Below are positions 59,201 through 64,000 of a stretch of DNA of 64,000 nt, piece after piece. Each line of letters starts with the position of its first letter. The stretch's first letter is position 1. This DNA comes from an uncultured Christensenellaceae bacterium (GTDB lineage: Bacteria; Bacillota; Clostridia; Christensenellales; CAG-314): the NCBI GenBank assembly GCA_910586905.1, contig CAJUIV010000001.1, forward strand, positions 205,773 through 269,772. Reading direction: 5' to 3'. The notes beneath the pieces are model-generated. The model saw nothing but the letters and a program-made list of their open reading frames with translations. It searched no databases and was not told the origin of the DNA. A program made the position numbers and the translations under genes.

Positions 59201-61001
59201 ATTGGGCTGGTCTACGCAGGATGGCGGAACAGTTGAATACGCCGCCGAGCGCACGGTAACTGTCGACCATGAATGTACTTTGTACGCGGTGTGGCGTTAC
59301 GATTATAAAAAAGTTACGATACAAATCGTAAACGGCGATTTTAACGAAACGATTACAAGTGAAGTATTTATGCGTAACAAAACGCAATATACTCTTGACG
59401 ACGTATTGAAAAAACTAAGCGAAGAACAAAAAGCAATGTTTGCCGCAAGCGAACACCGCACAGTGATTTGGACCAACCTGGACGACGGACGTACGATTGG
59501 CTCGAACGACAAAATTACTTATCCCACAGGCAAGGATGAAACTACGGGAGAAGATAAATTTGCTCAGTTGCGCGTAAGCGTTACCGACAAACTGTACACG
59601 ATTTCGTTCACTCAGGCGGGAGACACGGCAATAGAGCCCATATGTATGAAGTTCGGCGCAGATATCAGCGAACTTGCTCCTGTGCCTACAAGAGCAGGAT
59701 ATGAATTTGTCCGTTGGAGTAATAACGGAGCAGAATTTGCTTGGACTACAATGCCCGGTCAAAACGTTACGCTTACGGGTGTTTGGACTGCGTTGCAAAG
59801 TACGCTTAAATTCGATTTGAACGGAGGCACGACTGTCGACGGAAAAGCAACGATGGACGACCTGACTTTGTTAAGCGCGACTGCATTCGATAAAGTTGCA
59901 GACCCTATAAAGGAGGGCTACGATTTTATGGGTTGGACGTTAAACGGCGCAGATTGGCGTTGGACGAAGCACGATACAAGCAATACGTATTACGGTACGA
60001 TGCCCGGCGGTACTAACACGTTGGTTGCCAAATGGGAACTTAACAGTGAAAACCGCGCGGCGCTTAAAGCGGAATTGAAAGCTAAGATATCCGCTTATGC
60101 GCAGGAAAAGGGAGTGGAAGTGCCTGAAAACCTGATGGATGACAAAAACACTGATACCGAAGCGAAAATACGTAAAGTGTACGCCGACGTAGTGGAAATC
60201 ATCGATTATCTTGCCGACGCGCTTTCTGAACTTAACGCTTATGCTCAACAATTCGGCGTTACTCTGACTCTCGGCGACACGTTGGCTTTGAGAGACGCGG
60301 ATACGAAAGCTGAAGCCGACAGCGAGCTGATATTGGCAAAGCAAGTAGTTGATATAATAGCTCTTGCAAATGCGAAAGAAGCGGCAAAAGCTGAAGTGGC
60401 GGCAAAAGCGGAAGAAGACGGCGTAGCCGTCCCAGATACGGATGCGATTGATGCAGCTACGACTATTGAAGAAGTAAATTCCGCAAAAGAGGAGGCTCTG
60501 GCTAAAATTGCCGAGGATAAGGCCGCAAATCTTGCTTTGGTCGCGGCGAAAGAAGCGGCTGCTGCCGAACTGGCGGAGTACGCTCAAAGTAAAGGAGTAG
60601 AAGTTCCCGAAAACGCTATTGACGATGCTGAATCTTTGGAAGCTGTTGCGTTGGCTCTTTCAAACGCTAAATCCGTAGTTGACAGTAAAGCGAAAGTTAA
60701 CGCCGCCAAACAAGCTGTGGCAGGTTTGGCAGGAAAGACGGGCGAAGAGTTGTTTAATCAGCTTAAATCCGTTGATGCGGCTGTCGCCGCGTTGAATGCG
60801 GAAGAAAAAGCGCAAGTGGATTTAACTGCGTACAATACGGCAAAAGAGAGCCTGGACGCGTTGGTTGATGGCGGAGAGGCAGACCTCGAAGTCGCCGTTC
60901 AAGCGGGAGCTGCTATCGCCGTGGCAAAACTCGGCGCCGCCGTTACCGCTTTGGCGCTAGGCGTGGCGTTGGCGTTTATTCTCAAAAGGAGGATGTTCTG
61001 A
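56286..61001 (+). CDS. giant InlB B-repeat surface protein with Ala/Glu/Lys-rich helical stalk and C-terminal TM anchor
   Basis: 1571 aa with GGGAGGAAA upstream. The signal peptide ends AQA-AF. B-repeats are dispersed from ~aa 236 to 1250 (YKFVGWKIND..., YIFAGWENV..., YTLLGWSTQ..., YEFVRWSNN..., YDFMGWTLN...). The C-terminal helix is AAVTALALGVALAFIL followed by KRRMF. Confidence 0.85.
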   Translation: MAKRKNLLLTAALAIVCFTALLTASFVAWGGTPAQAAFDEEYENISTVNDGDSAPSINITRYEKFDITNTTDFPVNTTVKGLFVAEYSSNKYAMTMYSATSTSPNKARYVQLDGDIVTAINTNSDNSAAKRTMSSTMEDWMTWSVTRTASGLQLQTNSTYSSAQGKYLSLGNYGSFSLTTATTLTMTSVSGGGFTLKNSAGYGIKLDSISNFGGNTTTYATCVTFNFYKETEVELTNPATISFDKGNDTATGTMDDVILSQDATDTYVLPECGFVYNNYKFVGWKINDETTPLVAGTEITLGEKVQNGGITLTAAWEYDAWDLTFKMEGQEDKVIPVVKGTNYTFVESTDSKLWGSSSTPQGKLFGHWLNGETQYNKNDKLTPTENMIFTAVFVDACTVSFDFDGGAAPTSSYTTFKTTTVLPNSEFTLRTHEYTASYAPTKANYIFAGWENVKTGEKYQADLSNQYQQSVKVVIVEDTTFRAIWKFDGFTITFMVNDEVYATATYAKSTSTASQHFYFARESIEMPVAPDGKEFAKWTTTSKYNSSYTYSISGSAGESNYSGQYLILPGEQTSETWKVTNYDVVLNATFQDKPISVVFKFKYEDGYKNGEIFKTENKTISATSSSQSVYLGNSYAGEAPEGYALLNWTDEDGKVYTSSQNVYIYRTDTVYEKTLTVHFAKSVHISFDGNGGTMSSTYANGENKPANSEYTLPRNTTSGTLTDYELVGFVCSADGEFYALGAKYQLGDEDVTFVAQWKYAGYILTFKVEGKDDEVVLVKKTENSSGYENTTYSITISNPSIANAEFLGWALNGDTSKLYKNRDVINLAVLQSLTDREGELVAQFRMKEMVTLTFHFGNDTVEKQVEKNSTYYVAHISSYFPDWTSYGYDWFSGWAANPELTGTLTSQVNKTHSADTHYYAVVEKTFKVTFVYGHGIDNAERTGRPSSAATVPYESTTTVNGVVVDIREGYTLLGWSTQDGGTVEYAAERTVTVDHECTLYAVWRYDYKKVTIQIVNGDFNETITSEVFMRNKTQYTLDDVLKKLSEEQKAMFAASEHRTVIWTNLDDGRTIGSNDKITYPTGKDETTGEDKFAQLRVSVTDKLYTISFTQAGDTAIEPICMKFGADISELAPVPTRAGYEFVRWSNNGAEFAWTTMPGQNVTLTGVWTALQSTLKFDLNGGTTVDGKATMDDLTLLSATAFDKVADPIKEGYDFMGWTLNGADWRWTKHDTSNTYYGTMPGGTNTLVAKWELNSENRAALKAELKAKISAYAQEKGVEVPENLMDDKNTDTEAKIRKVYADVVEIIDYLADALSELNAYAQQFGVTLTLGDTLALRDADTKAEADSELILAKQVVDIIALANAKEAAKAEVAAKAEEDGVAVPDTDAIDAATTIEEVNSAKEEALAKIAEDKAANLALVAAKEAAAAELAEYAQSKGVEVPENAIDDAESLEAVALALSNAKSVVDSKAKVNAAKQAVAGLAGKTGEELFNQLKSVDAAVAALNAEEKAQVDLTAYNTAKESLDALVDGGEADLEVAVQAGAAIAVAKLGAAVTALALGVALAFILKRRMF
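60040..60900 (+). repeat. four ~55-aa Ala/Glu/Lys-rich helical repeat units (stalk)
   Basis: A recurring motif is YAQ(E/S)KGVEVPEN..DD, flanked by AKEAAKAE-type heptad-like sequence. Confidence 0.6.
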
Positions 61002-61525
61002 TGAATAAAAAGATTTTAGCGGTTTTAGCCGTATTGTTGGTTTCGGTTTGCGCTTTGTGCGCTTGCAAAGGACTGACGGTATTGGATAAATACGAGGGCG
61101 TCAAAGACGCGAAAACAGTCGTTCAAGTAATCGAGGTTACTAACGGCGGCGCGGAAATTGCCAAAGAAACTTTGACTTACAACTTTGCTTCCGGTAAAGT
61201 TACTATCGAAAAGAAAGTTTTAAATGATTCTTCCGCAAGCGAAGCGTTTACTACTACGACGGAAACTAAAGATATAACCAGGGGCGAAGGAATAGTGAAT
61301 TTGAAAGGACTGACGATGTCCGGCGTGGTTACTACCGACGATACTTTCAGGGGTGAAGTTGCCAATGCCGACCTCAAAACCGCGTTTGGCGTAGACGGCG
61401 CAAAAGTGAAAGGCGGCGCGACGGTAGAGTTGCTTGCCGATGGAGACAAAGTAGTAAAGATGATCGTAAGTTATGTTTCTTCTAACGATAACAACGTCGT
61501 AATTACCTCTACGTTTACTTACTAA
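61001..61525 (+). CDS. small lipoprotein translationally coupled to the 1571-aa protein
   Basis: 174 aa with the lipobox ALCAC. Its start shares one nt with the preceding stop (TGATG). The composition is beta-rich. Confidence 0.75.
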   Translation: MNKKILAVLAVLLVSVCALCACKGLTVLDKYEGVKDAKTVVQVIEVTNGGAEIAKETLTYNFASGKVTIEKKVLNDSSASEAFTTTTETKDITRGEGIVNLKGLTMSGVVTTDDTFRGEVANADLKTAFGVDGAKVKGGATVELLADGDKVVKMIVSYVSSNDNNVVITSTFTY

Positions 61526-61541
61526 AACGGCCTTTTTCAAC

Positions 61542-61576
61542 AAAGAAACCGCTTGAAAATCAAGCGGTTTCTTTTT
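61542..61576. terminator. bidirectional rho-independent terminator
   Basis: AAAGAAACCGCTTGA-aaa-TCAAGCGGTTTCTTT between stop 61525 (+) and stop 61583 (-). Confidence 0.85.
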
Positions 61577-61582
61577 GTTTGT

Positions 61583-61762
61583 TCAGTCTATTTCTATAGC
61601 GTTTACGGGGCAAACCTCGGCCGATTCCCTAACTTTATCAACATAATTGTCCGCGTCGCCTATAACGTGGGACAGTCCGTCTGCGTCGTAGTCGAAAACT
61701 TGGGGACATATGTTTATGCACATACCGCAGCTTATACAGTCTTCGTTTACAGATACTTTCAT
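61583..61762 (-). CDS. fdx: small [4Fe-4S]-type ferredoxin
   Basis: This 59-aa ORF is absent from the track, whose shortest listed ORFs are 60 aa. AAGGAGG lies 6 nt upstream of ATG 61762. It encodes MKVSVNEDCISCGMCINICPQVFDYDADGLSHVIGDADNYVDKVRESAEVCPVNAIEID, with CxxCxxCxxxCP plus a distal CP. Confidence 0.8.
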   Translation of the reverse strand: MKVSVNEDCISCGMCINICPQVFDYDADGLSHVIGDADNYVDKVRESAEVCPVNAIEID

Positions 61763-62175
61763 ATTTAGCCTCCTTGCGTTAGTAGTAGTGTTGCTTTATT
61801 AGAGGCGTTTTATACGGCAATTTAAAATATACGCAAAAAATAAATCTAAACGGATATTCCGGCAATATTTTTTATATGCGATTTGGATATTATAATAATT
61901 GCAGTAAATTTGTTGAATCGTAAGGCTTAATTATAATAAACAAAAATTTCCAACGAAATCTTTCGTGGTAGGCAATGAGCTGTATGGCGGAAGGGAGGTT
62001 ACGTAAAGAATTTTAAGTTTTCGTAATGAATGGAAGTAAAAACATTACATTAAAAAATAAAACGGCAATACGGCAGGAGGCAAGACGCATCGCAAGAGCC
62101 GGCGCGTTACATTGACTTTTTATGAAAAATTTAGTACTATATTTATAGTTGAACGAATCATGACAGGAATATAAA

Positions 62176-62868
62176 ATGAACTCTAATAATAATTTCCGAT
62201 ATATCGAATATGGCGAAAAACGGCAGCACGCCGCTTTCGGTCTTATTTTATCTTTCGTGCTATTTGCCGCGTTTATCGGTTTTTTTGTATGGCATACCGT
62301 AAAAATGCGCAACTACGAATTGAATTTCGTCGTAACGGATGGTACGGTAATCGATATGGAGAAATCGACGTCATCATCGTCGCACGGACACACTTATTAC
62401 TATTATTATGTAATTTCTTATGAGTTCCAAGGCAATACGTATTCTTTTACGGACAGCGAGGGCCATCATACTTTTCAAACCGAAAACATCGGCAAGTCTA
62501 CGAAAATTTACGTAAATCCTCAAAATCCCCGCCAAGCGGAAAGAGTTAGATCGTCAGATTACGCGTCGGTTATCTGCGCTTGCTTTTTTGCGTTTTTTTG
62601 TCTTGCCTACGCGGCCGGTATGAACTTTTTGCTGAGTTTAAAAACAAGTACTTATAAGAAAAGATTTTTATTTACTTGGGGCATAGAATTTTTAATCGGA
62701 ATTGCGTTTATATTATTATTTTGGCTTGGACTGCCTCATAGCGGCTTCGGAGAGGTTTTTATCCGTGTCAGGGGCGCGGTAGGTATAACGGTGATTTTGG
62801 GGCTGATAATGATGGCGTGTATTATCGACGGAATAGTTACGTACAAATTGAGCAAAAAACTTAAATAA
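62176..62868 (+). CDS. DUF3592-like membrane protein
   Basis: 230 aa. An N-terminal TM helix is followed by a beta-rich domain (TDGTVIDMEK...YYYVISYEFQGNTYSF...KIYVNPQNPRQAE) and then three more TM helices. The family call is from the pattern only. Confidence 0.65.
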   Translation: MNSNNNFRYIEYGEKRQHAAFGLILSFVLFAAFIGFFVWHTVKMRNYELNFVVTDGTVIDMEKSTSSSSHGHTYYYYYVISYEFQGNTYSFTDSEGHHTFQTENIGKSTKIYVNPQNPRQAERVRSSDYASVICACFFAFFCLAYAAGMNFLLSLKTSTYKKRFLFTWGIEFLIGIAFILLFWLGLPHSGFGEVFIRVRGAVGITVILGLIMMACIIDGIVTYKLSKKLK

Positions 62869-63080
62869 AATACTACGAAAAAAAGCAAAAGCCATAAACG
62901 AATATTCGTCGTAGCTCTTCGACGAAAGCACTTGTAAAGGTATTTCCTTAAGCGCGCTCCCCGAAAATAACGAGACGGAAAAAATAGCACAAAAACTAAA
63001 ATTATGTTTAAAGCCGATTTTTTTATTACTGTTCCCATTTTCAAACTATAAACATAACCAATTTTTCCGTATACTGTAAT

Positions 63081-63812
63081 TTATTCGGTTTGACTTTCCG
63101 TTTGATTGCGCTGCCGCTCTTTCTTTAACGTGGAATAAGTCATTTTATATCCAGCTGTATCGGCAAGAACAAAAAACACTACAAGAACAATAATGGTTGT
63201 CCAAACTTTCGTCATGTCCGTGCTGGACGAGTGAATGAGTAACATAACTTCGATAATTCCGGACAGTACGCACAAAAATAATGAAATGACGCTTAGCGCT
63301 AAAGAGAGTTTGCGTTTTCCGTTAAATCTAAAAGCTACTATGTTTAAAGTTGGCAGAATATACGTTGTTAGCGGTACGACGGTAACGTATAATAAGAATT
63401 CGAAAATATAAATCCAATTTTCGATAAAAGACATAAATATATTAGCTATACTTTGCCATGCAAAAATCGATACGCAAGCAAAGAATAACGCGCAAGAAAT
63501 ATAAATGATAATTATAAAAGCTAAAATATGAGACCAAAGCAATTTTTGCAAAGATTGCTCGTTTGATATTCGATTTGAACTAAAGCGTTCGCAGACCAAT
63601 TTGAATGCGCTAATAAAAATACGCGTTACGTATGCCAGACCGGATATTGCAAATAACGTTATTGCAAAAAACCATGCCCACAATTCGTTGGGATTGTTAT
63701 CGAATCGTACAAAGAAAAATCCTAAAACGCTTGCTAAAACAAGAGTCAATGCATACGGCCATTGACAACGCATATACCGTATAAGATTCTGTCGCAATTC
63801 TTTAACGTACAT
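63081..63812 (-). CDS. multi-pass membrane protein, unknown function
   Basis: 243 aa with AGGAGGAG upstream of ATG 63812 and about six hydrophobic helices. Confidence 0.6.
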   Translation of the reverse strand: MYVKELRQNLIRYMRCQWPYALTLVLASVLGFFFVRFDNNPNELWAWFFAITLFAISGLAYVTRIFISAFKLVCERFSSNRISNEQSLQKLLWSHILAFIIIIYISCALFFACVSIFAWQSIANIFMSFIENWIYIFEFLLYVTVVPLTTYILPTLNIVAFRFNGKRKLSLALSVISLFLCVLSGIIEVMLLIHSSSTDMTKVWTTIIVLVVFFVLADTAGYKMTYSTLKKERQRNQTESQTE

Positions 63813-64000
63813 AATGCACTCCTCCTAAAATTTTAACACAAGCGCCAAATAAATGCAAGGTTAAAATATTTGATTGGGAAAGCGCGCGCAAAGAAATGGT
63901 AGGGCATTCATCAGGTAAGCTCAGTAAAGCGTATACGGATTTGCCCGACGAAATTTTGCTTGAAGAAGCTAAGAAGCTTGTGTGGTGAAAGTTGGTACAA

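Noticed and set aside
61553-61768. A 71-aa plus-strand ORF listed in the track
   Set aside because: It is the exact antisense of the ferredoxin gene. It starts with TTG inside a terminator stem and has aromatic-rich, nonsense-like composition.
62013-62312. A 99-aa minus-strand ORF overlapping the start of the DUF3592-like gene
   Set aside because: It overlaps a better-supported gene and its promoter region, and it has no SD.

Overview
The window looks like chromosome from a low-GC, CpG-rich, endospore-forming Firmicute: spoIIE and spmA/spmB are present, and TGA is used as a stop codon. Bases 1-30,500 are mostly housekeeping genes. They include an XRE regulator, a DUF975 protein, pyk, psuG coupled to an NrdG-type radical-SAM activase, a HAD hydrolase and an ArsR regulator. 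They also include recF (divergent from gyrB-gyrA, with no dnaA or dnaN in the window), argS, cvpA, an asymmetric heterodimeric ABC exporter pair, queH, TatD with its associated radical-SAM protein, metG, spmAB, spoIIE and a stand-alone GlmU-C-like acetyltransferase. Bases 30,600-61,600 form an accessory cell-surface locus. Its main part is a roughly 25-kb operon of ten same-strand genes. That operon encodes a 2533-aa S8/PA/Ig/LRR protease, an InlB-B-repeat lipoprotein, an unusually enlarged Opp-type ABC importer (SBP, two permeases, two ATPases), a small tail-anchored protein and two giant lipoproteins of 1050 and 1690 aa. A second unit follows, with a 1571-aa B-repeat/coiled-coil protein and a 174-aa lipoprotein. 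This protease-importer-lipoprotein locus is my best candidate for an undescribed system. Smaller observations: a leader ORF plus terminator upstream of the ABC exporter, which looks like an attenuator. Two G9 tracts lie in 5' regions. Three promoters have the geometry of leaderless mRNAs. A 585-bp ORF-free, hairpin-rich spacer lies between recF and gyrB. A decayed gene is coupled to recF, and several frame breaks sit on homopolymers. A 59-aa ferredoxin is missing from the ORF track. I recognised no rRNA, tRNA, CRISPR array or intact mobile element. All functional calls come from reading motifs by eye; I ran no database search, folding or composition calculation. Coordinates of non-CDS features are approximate to a few nucleotides.
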